Virus record (IMG/VR): IMGVR_UViG_3300034012_003212
Span: 62,001 to 126,000 of that record
Direction: 5' to 3' (one strand)
DNA: 64,000 bases
Within the stretch, counting starts at the first letter, position 1. Each line of letters begins with the position of its first letter. Of this stretch, positions 18,885 to 27,405 are shown piece after piece. Position numbers and translations under genes: made by a program. Below the pieces are notes generated by a model. The model did not search any database. It saw only the letters and a program-made list of their open reading frames with translations, and had not been told where the DNA came from.

Positions 18885-19970
18885 TTAAAAGAGCGCAACA
18901 GATCTGTTGGGATTTTGAAATTTATTCTTCTCGTCATTCTCAAAATTGTACTGATAACTGCTTCTTGAAAGATGCACGGATCCAGGCTTTTCCATGAATT
19001 TTGATGAGTATTCCTCTGGATCGATTGTATACCAAAAATCTGGCCATGTTATAGGGGCAAATCCCAATCTAGAACTATGTTCCATAAGTTCATCGTTGAA
19101 CAATCTCATAACATTGGATCGTTCTTCCCTTGAACCAAAGAATGGAGTTCCCTTGTACCAACCGGTTTTAGGTATACGTCTGTCCTCGTTTTCTATTGGG
19201 AGGAGGCACACAGGAGAAACAGTTTCAAGTTCGTACGAATCCATAAGTTTTACGAGGGATTCCATGTATTTGTTGCATAACTTTACGGCGGAATCCTGTG
19301 GATTAGATTCGCGAAGCAAATGGTGCCTAACATCTATATTACCGAAGTATGTTATGACATTCTTTGGGTAAACACCATCATAGATGAATTTGGATAAATC
19401 GCCGTCTTTTATGGCTCCATATAGCGTCTTTCCGTCGTTTCTATTTATGTTCGATCCAGGAACATACACTGAAACAGTGTGACTATCGCCCATGGCAAAC
19501 ACTTCGGATCGAAGGACGACTCGAACGGTTGGCACATTTGAACATATGTCACTGAACTGTGATGGATTCAATGATTTCCAAAAATCTTCACATGAGTTCA
19601 TCCTAGACAGAAGAACTGTTCCATAATCTGGCATTCTTTCATTCAAGCAGAATATGTCTCCGTTGAATATAGCCAGTCTGTTTATTCGATGTGCGTTTTC
19701 GTCACTCGCGCCCGAGAACATATTGAATGTTCCCTTATAGTCCATGGGAAGAAGGACTAGCCATGCGTCGAATTCATTCACGTCCTGTCCCTTTTCGAGT
19801 AACTTTGCATCAATTCCGGCGTGTCTCAGCTGATTGATGACAAGAAATGTCCAGGAGGATTTATGGCTTTCTGGCTTTTTGCTATACGTAGAAATAACGT
19901 CATCTACACAGACCTTTTTGCCATGCAATCTTTTTGATAGATCATAGACATCAATAAATGTTTGCATCAC
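18885..19970 (-). CDS. Two-domain protein: T4 beta-glucosyltransferase-like N-terminal domain plus SGNH-like domain; putative DNA-modifying enzyme
   Basis: N-terminus DVNEFDAWLV...FNMFSG...FNGDIFCLNERMPDY; C-terminus GDSH, DGKTLYG, YFGNID, SVHL; lies directly upstream of the hydroxymethylase. Confidence 0.5.
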   Translation of the reverse strand: MMQTFIDVYDLSKRLHGKKVCVDDVISTYSKKPESHKSSWTFLVINQLRHAGIDAKLLEKGQDVNEFDAWLVLLPMDYKGTFNMFSGASDENAHRINRLAIFNGDIFCLNERMPDYGTVLLSRMNSCEDFWKSLNPSQFSDICSNVPTVRVVLRSEVFAMGDSHTVSVYVPGSNINRNDGKTLYGAIKDGDLSKFIYDGVYPKNVITYFGNIDVRHHLLRESNPQDSAVKLCNKYMESLVKLMDSYELETVSPVCLLPIENEDRRIPKTGWYKGTPFFGSREERSNVMRLFNDELMEHSSRLGFAPITWPDFWYTIDPEEYSSKFMEKPGSVHLSRSSYQYNFENDEKNKFQNPNRSVALF

Positions 19971-20263
19971 TTTCCATTCAGATAGTTTTCTAATGCCTGT
20001 ATGTATGCGACAGCATCCAAGAGATTATCTTGTTTATGTGTATAGCTCTCTCTGGATAGTTTTAGGGCTATCATGGCCTTGTACATGTGTTCTGCGTCAA
20101 GTGTTAGGCCAGTCATGCCATTGAATATTTGCGCAGCTCTCGCCATACCTTCCGAGAATGGTCCATACTGTCTTTCCTTTTCCTCCGACCTCTGGTTAAC
20201 TATTTTATCTGCCTGTTGCAGTATACTATCTTCATTGGTCTTTGTTTGTTTCTTGGGTTTCAT
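19967..20263 (-). CDS. DUF6378-family protein (MazG-like all-alpha nucleotide pyrophosphatase candidate)
   Basis: ILQQADKIVNQRSEEKERQYGPF...MIALKLSRE...DNLLDAVAYI. Confidence 0.75.
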   Translation of the reverse strand: MKPKKQTKTNEDSILQQADKIVNQRSEEKERQYGPFSEGMARAAQIFNGMTGLTLDAEHMYKAMIALKLSRESYTHKQDNLLDAVAYIQALENYLNGK

Positions 20264-20280
20264 ATGGTATAGTTATGATT

Positions 20281-20700
20281 CTAAAAGACTTCTTCTGTTT
20301 TTACCCATTCCATGTATTTTATCAGGACTCTGTCCTTTGGTTTAACGCGGTTGTCATGTCTTTGAAAAATCATCCATGAATCTCTTGCGTATTCCCCGAT
20401 TCCATGCAATTCACTAGGATCTTCCCCGTTCCACTGGAGCCATTCATTCGAGAATCGTATGAGCTTCTTTGAACGAATATTCTGAAACCCGAGTGGTTTT
20501 ATACATCGCGCGACTTCAATTGGATCTGCCTTAGATAATCTATCTGCATTGGGGTACTTTTCAAAAAATTCATGTCTGACCAGGTCAACTTGACGAAAAC
20601 TCGTCTGGTTCAACATCATGCAGACCACCAGCATCTTCCATGGATCATCTCGGTATATTTCTTGTCTCAGATTATACGGACTTAATTTAGGATGTTTCAT
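20281..20700 (-). CDS. MBD4-like HhH-GPD DNA glycosylase (T/U:G mismatch type)
   Basis: DDPWKMLVVCMMLNQT...FFEKYP...IKPLG...ELHGIGEYARDSWMIF...VKPKDRVLIKY; catalytic Asp retained (cf. MBD4 VHPEDHKLNKY). Confidence 0.85.
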   Translation of the reverse strand: MKHPKLSPYNLRQEIYRDDPWKMLVVCMMLNQTSFRQVDLVRHEFFEKYPNADRLSKADPIEVARCIKPLGFQNIRSKKLIRFSNEWLQWNGEDPSELHGIGEYARDSWMIFQRHDNRVKPKDRVLIKYMEWVKTEEVF

Positions 20701-20728
20701 ATTTTTTTCGTTTTTTCGCCGAGAACGA

Positions 20729-20736
20729 GATATATA
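20729..20736 (+). promoter_or_regulatory. Putative late promoter GATATATA (plus strand)
   Basis: The motif flips strand together with the plus-strand gene pair just downstream. Confidence 0.6.
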
Positions 20737-20752
20737 GTTTAAATTTCAGAGT

Positions 20753-21070
20753 TTGTACACCTTTTCTGATATAAAAAACGGACTTCACACGCTGAATGAA
20801 GCTTCAACTGAATTGAATTCTAGCCTCAAGAAAGTACACAAACTTGGGTTGGAGTTACAAAACATACAAAAAGATGTCATAGATTTGTATGAAGACAAAA
20901 AGAAAATTGACCCTAAGTCAAAGACACTGAAGAAGTTAGAAGCTAAGATAAATTCTTTGTTGAAGACGAAAGTAAACATTGAAAAAGAGATGGATCGAGA
21001 AACGAGAAAGCTCGAAAGACACATCTCGCAATTGGATCCACAGGGGAAAATTCAGAAATTTTTCACATAA
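20753..21070 (+). CDS. Small coiled-coil protein, possibly a head-internal protein (TTG start)
   Basis: TLNEAS motif, K-rich coiled coil, preceded by GATATATA. Confidence 0.6.
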   Translation: MYTFSDIKNGLHTLNEASTELNSSLKKVHKLGLELQNIQKDVIDLYEDKKKIDPKSKTLKKLEAKINSLLKTKVNIEKEMDRETRKLERHISQLDPQGKIQKFFT

Positions 21071-21082
21071 AAACATCATACT

Positions 21083-21673
21083 ATGCCAGCAAAATCTAAA
21101 GCACAAAAGCGACTCATGACATGGGCGCTCGGAGTCAAAAAGGGCAAAGCAAAAACATCCTCGAAAAAAGTAAAGGATATTGCCAAGGATATGACAGTAA
21201 AGGAACTAGAGAAATACGCAAAAACAAAAATGAGTATGCCAGAACGAATCGAAGAGGCGAATTCAGTCGTGTGTTTCGATGACTTTGAATTCAAGAATTC
21301 AACGAATAAACGAAGGATTCTTGAGGCAAAGGATGATGAAGAAACAACAGATGTAACACCAGAGCCGGAGACAGAGATGCCTTCAGGTGATATGGCTGAT
21401 ACGCTGATGGCTCCCGAGGACGCAGAAGAAGGTGATAATGTTTTGATGAACATAAAATCTCCCGAGAAGATGTCAAGGACAAAGGATTCCTATGAATGGA
21501 GCGAACCTGAGTCAAAGATGATTCAATTTCAATTGAAGAACATCATTGAAAAGGCAGAAGAGCTCATACAACTCTTTGATGGCTATGACGAAATTGAAGA
21601 TTGGATTCAAGCAAAAATGACAGTTGCTGACAACTACATAAGTAACGTCCGTGACTACATGAAGCACAAGTAA
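21083..21673 (+). CDS. DUF3008-like N-terminal domain plus acidic linker and C-terminal helical domain
   Basis: MPAKSKAQKRL...KDMTVKELEKYAKT; C-terminal EIEDWIQAKMTVADNYISNVRDYM. Confidence 0.7.
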   Translation: MPAKSKAQKRLMTWALGVKKGKAKTSSKKVKDIAKDMTVKELEKYAKTKMSMPERIEEANSVVCFDDFEFKNSTNKRRILEAKDDEETTDVTPEPETEMPSGDMADTLMAPEDAEEGDNVLMNIKSPEKMSRTKDSYEWSEPESKMIQFQLKNIIEKAEELIQLFDGYDEIEDWIQAKMTVADNYISNVRDYMKHK

Positions 21674-21694
21674 ACGATACACATAGAAGATAAC

Positions 21695-21730
21695 AAACCC
21701 GTTAGTTAGCAATAACTTACGGGTTTTTTA
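21695..21730. terminator. Bidirectional-type terminator between convergent genes
   Basis: 14-bp stem AAACCCGTTAGTTA/TAACTTACGGGTTT with one mismatch, GCAA (GNRA) loop and a T-tract. Confidence 0.85.
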
Positions 21731-21731
21731 T

Positions 21732-22373
21732 TTACACTTTATACCATTCACGATTTCTAGATTCATCACTCTCGCACCAATCATCAAACGATATGGCATT
21801 TGCATCCTTTTCTGAAAGTATCGGATCAATTCCTAGATCTTTCCAGTCACAATCAAATGAGTCCCATCTGATTGATCTTTCCTTTTCATGAAACCTGTTC
21901 TCGTCGCATTTATAGCAAACATCCGCAACATCACTTAGAACCTGAAACCCATTTGCAAAACCGCTAGGAATCCATACCATCTTTGGTTCATTATCATTTA
22001 GATGTATCTTCACATGCTTACCGAATGTAGGGGATCCTCTACGGAGATCTAGTTCAACGAGCAAGATCTCGCCCCTGACAACTCTTATCAGTTTCCCCAT
22101 ACCAAACATGTACTGAAAGTGCATACCTCGGATCACGCCACGCTTTGATCTTGAGTGATTATCCTGAACGAATGATCCCGGAAGATCGTTATACGCGAAT
22201 GAGATCTTATTGAAACTTTCTTGAAAGAAACCACGATCATCCTCAAATCTCTTTCCTGTTATGATTTCCACGCCACCGAGAACAACTTCTATGCTATCTA
22301 TTGCATTTTTGCTCATAAGGCTGATTTTCTTGTGTATTGAATCCAAGGATTCTCGTGAATTTTTTAGTTCCAT
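21732..22373 (-). CDS. rmlC: dTDP-4-dehydrorhamnose 3,5-epimerase
   Basis: FEDDRGFFQESF...FVQDNHSRSKRGVIRGMHFQ...DLRRGSPTFG...WIPSGFANGFQVLS. Confidence 0.95.
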   Translation of the reverse strand: MELKNSRESLDSIHKKISLMSKNAIDSIEVVLGGVEIITGKRFEDDRGFFQESFNKISFAYNDLPGSFVQDNHSRSKRGVIRGMHFQYMFGMGKLIRVVRGEILLVELDLRRGSPTFGKHVKIHLNDNEPKMVWIPSGFANGFQVLSDVADVCYKCDENRFHEKERSIRWDSFDCDWKDLGIDPILSEKDANAISFDDWCESDESRNREWYKV

Positions 22374-22427
22374 AAAAACATCCTGTATTTTTGCTGTAAT
22401 CTAACAAAAAATTACAAATTTTTACAC

Positions 22428-22465
22428 AAAAAAATAAGGGCCCCGAAAAAATATCGGAGGCCCTT
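22428..22465 (-). terminator. Intrinsic terminator after the major capsid gene
   Basis: Minus strand AAGGGCC(T)CCGA...TCGGGGCCCTT followed by ATTTTTTT. Confidence 0.8.
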
Positions 22466-22503
22466 AACATTCTATAACCTAGGATCCCTTAGAATCCTTT
22501 AGG

Positions 22504-24333
22504 TTATGCCAAACCTGCTGTCGGCGGCTCAACCCAGAAAGTGTAGTATTGTGCTTCGGGGTAGAAACCAGCGTCAACCAGAGCGTAACGGCTCTTCACT
22601 GCGATCTTCGGCGACATTGTACCTTCAGCGATTGTGCTGATGGACTCTGCCATGAGGTAAGGCATGAACTTGATACCGGGTTCGATATCTGCACCCTTAC
22701 GACCAACGAGAACGCGTGTATCTTCCCATGTCATGTTAGGATCAACATAAACTGTCATTCCGAACAATGTACCAGCGGGATACAATTGGCCATTAGATTG
22801 GTTGAGGTTGTTATCAAACGGAGAGAACGTGAAGCCCTTAACAACGTTCAATGCCGAAATAACTTGGGCATTTGTAACGATGAAGTTAGCCGGGCCACGA
22901 CGACCGCGTGTGTGAATCAGGTTAGAAGCAGCATGGATCTTGCTAACAATACGATGTTGTACCGTTGTCAAGTTCTCGAATCCACCGTAATCAGCGAATG
23001 CGGGGATGTTGTTGCTCCAAGAAATTGCGCTATCAGATTTACCGATGAAGCTCAGAGTAGATGCGGATGTAGTTTGTGTAGCATCGCATGACAGGTTAAG
23101 AGTAAAACCTTGTGTCTGATAAACATCGTAGTTGTTCTGCCAGCCAAGTGCGAATGCACGGCTCAAGATGTGCTTGTTGATCGTCTGAGAAACTTCGTTA
23201 ACCAACACGCCTTCTGCCATACCAAGGATGTCGATACCGAATTGACGGTTAAGATCCTGGATCTGCTCAGTTGTTACGCTGATGTTAACTTGGAATGTAC
23301 CAGCCTGAACGTTCTTTGTGAACGTCTGGATGCCCATCGAACGTGAATACGTAGATTCACCGGTCGAACGATTCATCGGATCGTATGCCTTTGTACCATC
23401 GGTGAAAGGACCATTCCATGTGTTTGTGTCACTGTTGCCAGCGCCAGAAGGACCATATATGTGATTCTCGAGAGCCGATACGTATGTAGGCTTGTTGCCG
23501 TTGCAGCTTGCGAATGCTTCTGTATCTGCTGTGTTTGCGGATGCTTGACCTACGATCGCAGAGTAGGAACTGGTAGTGTTACCAAAACCGAATACGTCAG
23601 CGATGGAAACTGTGTTCTCATTTGTGCCTGCTGTGTATGCACCAGTCGATGCGATAGTACCAGTAGAAGTTACGCGGAAAATCAAATCGCCAGTAACGAA
23701 TGACTTACCTACGTATATCACCTTTGCAGCAGAGGTTGCTGCTAGTGTAACAGCATAACCTGTTCCGCTAGCAGTGTTCGAAGAAGCTTGTAGAGGCAAT
23801 GCATAATATGTCGTTCCAACTGCAAGTTGATCTGTGCTTGCATCGTATATAGAGCTAGTAGCGACTGCAAACATCAACGGTTGGTTTGTATTTGCATTCA
23901 AGTTATCAGCTGTATCAAGTTTACCACCAGCATAGATATAATCCATGTAAGGAAGGATACCTGTCGGACCCGGCATGGGGATAACCGAAACGATATCGAA
24001 ACCTATTGTCTTTGCTGCAACTTGGATAGCAAGAGGAAGCAACGACGGGAATTTATCACCAGAGCCTTGGTAAGCTGCATTATAGAAACCGGAAGCCGAT
24101 GTGCCATAAGCTGTACCGAGGTTAACTGCGCCCTGACCGGGAACGTTGATGAGCTGCGCAAGACCTGTGCCTTGGAAAGACTCGTTGAGGGATGAACTTT
24201 CGTTCATCTGATGGTAGTGGCAATACTTCGACAACCAAGTAGTCTTGTAGTTGTCGTTGACACCAACATCCTTAAGTACCGGGGCCCACTCGTTTACAAC
24301 TTGAGCCTCATTTATATGCATAAGATTATTCAT
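22504..24333 (-). CDS. gp23: Major capsid protein, T4 gp23-like
   Basis: LLPLAIQVAAKTIGFDIVSVIPMPGPTG...EQIQDLNRQFGID...RGRRGPANFIV...YMPYLMAE-like KFMPYLMAE...PKIAVKSRYALV. Confidence 0.95.
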   Translation of the reverse strand: MNNLMHINEAQVVNEWAPVLKDVGVNDNYKTTWLSKYCHYHQMNESSSLNESFQGTGLAQLINVPGQGAVNLGTAYGTSASGFYNAAYQGSGDKFPSLLPLAIQVAAKTIGFDIVSVIPMPGPTGILPYMDYIYAGGKLDTADNLNANTNQPLMFAVATSSIYDASTDQLAVGTTYYALPLQASSNTASGTGYAVTLAATSAAKVIYVGKSFVTGDLIFRVTSTGTIASTGAYTAGTNENTVSIADVFGFGNTTSSYSAIVGQASANTADTEAFASCNGNKPTYVSALENHIYGPSGAGNSDTNTWNGPFTDGTKAYDPMNRSTGESTYSRSMGIQTFTKNVQAGTFQVNISVTTEQIQDLNRQFGIDILGMAEGVLVNEVSQTINKHILSRAFALGWQNNYDVYQTQGFTLNLSCDATQTTSASTLSFIGKSDSAISWSNNIPAFADYGGFENLTTVQHRIVSKIHAASNLIHTRGRRGPANFIVTNAQVISALNVVKGFTFSPFDNNLNQSNGQLYPAGTLFGMTVYVDPNMTWEDTRVLVGRKGADIEPGIKFMPYLMAESISTIAEGTMSPKIAVKSRYALVDAGFYPEAQYYTFWVEPPTAGLA

Positions 24334-24347
24334 GTTTGTTTATTTTT

Positions 24348-26222
24348 TTAAATTTTTCCTTTGAGTGCTTTTCTTACAGCGTCACGGTATTCAGAATTTC
24401 CGCTATTCACGTTCTCAAGAACGGAATAAGGATTTGCTGATTCGTTTAGCGTTTGGACTGAACTACCATCAAAATTTGCGATTTCCGGCCTCGATGCCCA
24501 GAAGTTGCGAATCTGATATGGCGTATCTAATTTTATGTACTGAGCAGCAGCTGCGATTCGCTTCCTGCCATCATTACTCATAGATTCCCATATAGGAGCG
24601 TATTCCGTCGGCATCTCTGCGATCCACTTAGGAAGATTTCGACGCTCTCTATCTGCTGCCAGTGCAGATTCCCAAACATTCACTACATCCTTTTCCGAGA
24701 ATACTATAGCTGTGCTCAATGCTTCGCTCACTATCTCTTTTTCAGTTTGCTTAAGCTGTACGAACTTGCTACGCTTTTCCGGCGAAAGATAACGAAGGAA
24801 CGGGAATTTGGAGGACTCATTCATAACGCTTGCCTTCTCTTTTTTGGCTTCGCTTATCATGTGGTCCACTTTCTCCGATAAGTTTCGTCCACCGATCATG
24901 GCAGCTCTCTTCTCCATGATCTTTTTTGTTTTCTTCTTTTCTTTAACATTGATCGATTCTGCTATGTAATCTCCATAGCCTATTGATTTGTCGAGTTGTT
25001 CTGCGAGGTAGTTACTGTAGCCTATGTTACTATTGAGATTTTCGGCCAAGTAATCATTGTGTTTGATCGCATTGTCAAGATTCTCTCCAAGATATTCTTG
25101 GTATCGAATTGAATTATTGAGATTTTCTGAAAGGTAGTTAGAGTAATCTATCGCCTTATCAAAATTCTCAGCTATATAGTTAGAATAGTCAATCGTCTGG
25201 TTGATCTTGTTGGAAAGATAATTCGAGAACGATATGCTCTTGTCGAGATTCTCTGCAAGGTAGTTCTGATATTCAATAGAAACATTGAACCTATTTGCAA
25301 GGTAATTCGTGTACTCTGTGATATCATTCATATCGCGGCGTGCCTTCTTTGACTCGGAGATCGTCTTATCAACGTTCTCAGAGAGGTAATTGCTATACTT
25401 GATAGCACCGTTAAGCTTTTGTGCGAGATAATTAGAATATTCGCTCAGCTTAGATATTGTTTTTTCTGACCCAAGACTCTTCTTGGTGAGGACCTGTATT
25501 TTCTTCTCAAGGAGCTCTATTTCCTTCTTAACGTGTTTAGAGTACTCATTGAAATCCCTTTCAGAAATCATACCTGTGTTTTGGTTATTTTGGCTCATAT
25601 TATCACTTTTATTTTGCGTTTGTTTTCCTTTTGTTTCATTCGAAAGAAATGGCAATTCTGAATCATACATCTCAGAGACGTCATATATCTGTACATTTGA
25701 TTTGCCGGAGAATCCGAGGGATTCATTCACCAAACTAAGGGTGGCATTCTCAAATCCAGGATCAGCAACCAAATCGTATGTGAAAATCTTCTTTAGTTTT
25801 ACGCGTTTATCGGATCCTACAACGCCAGCAGCCCTGCTGCTTATGGACAAAGGAACCCCAGCTTCTATCAATTTCTTCGCCTGGCGGCCGGGATCTGTAT
25901 CTAGTAGACGAACGCGCCCTCTAACTGTCCTTGTTGCATTATCATAATCCAAGCTCTCGATTATGTGAGAGACTTTCTGAAGAGAGATATCAAATTTATC
26001 CGGATGATCTAATTCACCCATCAACCTTTTCGAACTTATTTTTGTTTTCAGGTATTCGAGGTGGGGCAAATATTCATTCTCTTCGTACAATCGGTCGTTA
26101 TTGTTAACAACACCAAACTGAGCAAATACTCCTTCGAGTATGACTGCTCCTGTTGAATCTGACTTGCTCTCAAGTATCGCGTTCGAATTCTCGAGAATAA
26201 GTAGCACTTTTTGTTGGTCCAT
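24348..26222 (-). CDS. gp21: Prohead protease (gp21/S78-S80-like) fused to a scaffold/core domain
   Basis: ILEGVFAQFGVVNNNDRLY...GELDHP...SHIIE...LLDTDPG...ISSRAAG...YDLVADPGFENA, followed by 14-aa helical repeats. Confidence 0.9.
   Translation of the reverse strand: MDQQKVLLILENSNAILESKSDSTGAVILEGVFAQFGVVNNNDRLYEENEYLPHLEYLKTKISSKRLMGELDHPDKFDISLQKVSHIIESLDYDNATRTVRGRVRLLDTDPGRQAKKLIEAGVPLSISSRAAGVVGSDKRVKLKKIFTYDLVADPGFENATLSLVNESLGFSGKSNVQIYDVSEMYDSELPFLSNETKGKQTQNKSDNMSQNNQNTGMISERDFNEYSKHVKKEIELLEKKIQVLTKKSLGSEKTISKLSEYSNYLAQKLNGAIKYSNYLSENVDKTISESKKARRDMNDITEYTNYLANRFNVSIEYQNYLAENLDKSISFSNYLSNKINQTIDYSNYIAENFDKAIDYSNYLSENLNNSIRYQEYLGENLDNAIKHNDYLAENLNSNIGYSNYLAEQLDKSIGYGDYIAESINVKEKKKTKKIMEKRAAMIGGRNLSEKVDHMISEAKKEKASVMNESSKFPFLRYLSPEKRSKFVQLKQTEKEIVSEALSTAIVFSEKDVVNVWESALAADRERRNLPKWIAEMPTEYAPIWESMSNDGRKRIAAAAQYIKLDTPYQIRNFWASRPEIANFDGSSVQTLNESANPYSVLENVNSGNSEYRDAVRKALKGKI
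24948..25445 (-). repeat. About 11 copies of a 14-aa repeat, xYSNYLAENLDKSI
   Basis: EYQNYLAENLDKSI / DYSNYIAENFDKAI / DYSNYLSENLNNSI / RYQEYLGENLDNAI / GYSNYLAEQLDKSI. Confidence 0.9.
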
Positions 26223-26254
26223 TTTAATTAGTTATTTCTATAAATCCGATGTTT

Positions 26255-26262
26255 TATATATC
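26255..26262 (-). promoter_or_regulatory. Putative late promoter GATATATA upstream of gp21-gp23
   Basis: Lies about 33 nt upstream of the ATG; the same motif precedes the sheath, chaperone, lysozyme and S1 genes. Confidence 0.7.
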
Positions 26263-26317
26263 AACACTAGTGGGAAAAAATTAAATTTTTTTCTCAATTT
26301 GTCCCTATAATTTTAGA

Positions 26318-27388
26318 TTATGCTAAAAACATCCTTTGTTCCTTTGACCTTCTTTCAGAAAGACCCGACAGAGTTCTACCCTGTGACTTAACCCAACGAG
26401 GGAACTCTGATGCAGCCCCTGCATAGTCCTTCGAATTGATCTTTTTCAGAAGAGTGCTTTTTTTGAAATTGCCAAACCCGACGTTGTACGCAAAAGAAAC
26501 GAGAGCATCCCATTGATTCTGTGTAACGGGGACTTTGACGACTGATCTCATCTTCTGTTCAAATTTTCCTACGACCCTTCTCATCATGGAATCTGCCTGT
26601 TCCCTTGTTATCGGTCCCATGTTTGGATTTTTAACACCTACACCGAATCCAATCGAATATCCATTTCCATCTTTGTATGCATTCTGCTTGAAACCCTCGT
26701 ATGCCTGTATGGCCTGGATTCCGCGTTCAGAGATTCGAATGTTTGATGGATTTATCGTCCCGGACGGTTGGTATGGTTCAAATTCGGTGGTGTCTGCATC
26801 ACCTGAACCATCATCTTTTGTTCCAGCCAAAGCAATAGAGCTTGTGGCCGCAGATGAGGTTATTCCGATTGATGCTAATTTCGGTAGGTCTTTTAGCGGA
26901 ACCTTTGTGACGATATTTACGCCCGATGAAGGGTCTTTGAAATACCCGAAGAAGTCTTTCTGCTGGACGTCGATGTTCTCGCCGTTCTTTGCGTCCTTTG
27001 ATAGAGCAATCTTGGCGTCTATGATCTTTTTTATCCTCGGATAAACAGAAACGACCATATCATCACTGACTGCGTCTGAATCAACGTCAGTCAATATGTT
27101 TACGTGTTTTATGGCAGTTGAAAGATCTGCCTTTGCTGTTGTTATATCGAGCCCGGAATCCTTCAAAAAGGACTCATGTTTGTCGATGAGTTTCAGGAGC
27201 TTGTCCCTATCGAACATCACCTGAACTGAAAATTTTTTCCGCTGAGATTGTTTTTCGCCTGATAGATATCTAAGTAATACCTGAAGATCAGAATAATTGA
27301 ACCCGTCGTTAAGGCAGGAAAGTATCCTAACAAACGCTACATTATAAGGGATGATATCCTCTATGTTCTCTAAAAGAAAATATTTCAT
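26318..27388 (-). CDS. GH24 phage lysozyme domain with a ~210-aa N-terminal extension
   Basis: ISERGIQAIQAYEGFKQNAYKD...SIGFG...TQNQWDALVSFAYNVG...STLLKKIN...EFPRWV...GLSERRSKE. Confidence 0.9.
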   Translation of the reverse strand: MKYFLLENIEDIIPYNVAFVRILSCLNDGFNYSDLQVLLRYLSGEKQSQRKKFSVQVMFDRDKLLKLIDKHESFLKDSGLDITTAKADLSTAIKHVNILTDVDSDAVSDDMVVSVYPRIKKIIDAKIALSKDAKNGENIDVQQKDFFGYFKDPSSGVNIVTKVPLKDLPKLASIGITSSAATSSIALAGTKDDGSGDADTTEFEPYQPSGTINPSNIRISERGIQAIQAYEGFKQNAYKDGNGYSIGFGVGVKNPNMGPITREQADSMMRRVVGKFEQKMRSVVKVPVTQNQWDALVSFAYNVGFGNFKKSTLLKKINSKDYAGAASEFPRWVKSQGRTLSGLSERRSKEQRMFLA

Positions 27389-27392
27389 GCCC

Positions 27393-27400
27393 TATATATC
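27393..27400 (-). promoter_or_regulatory. Putative late promoter GATATATA
   Basis: Ends 4 nt before the lysozyme ATG (near-leaderless). Confidence 0.6.
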
Positions 27401-27405
27401 TTTTT

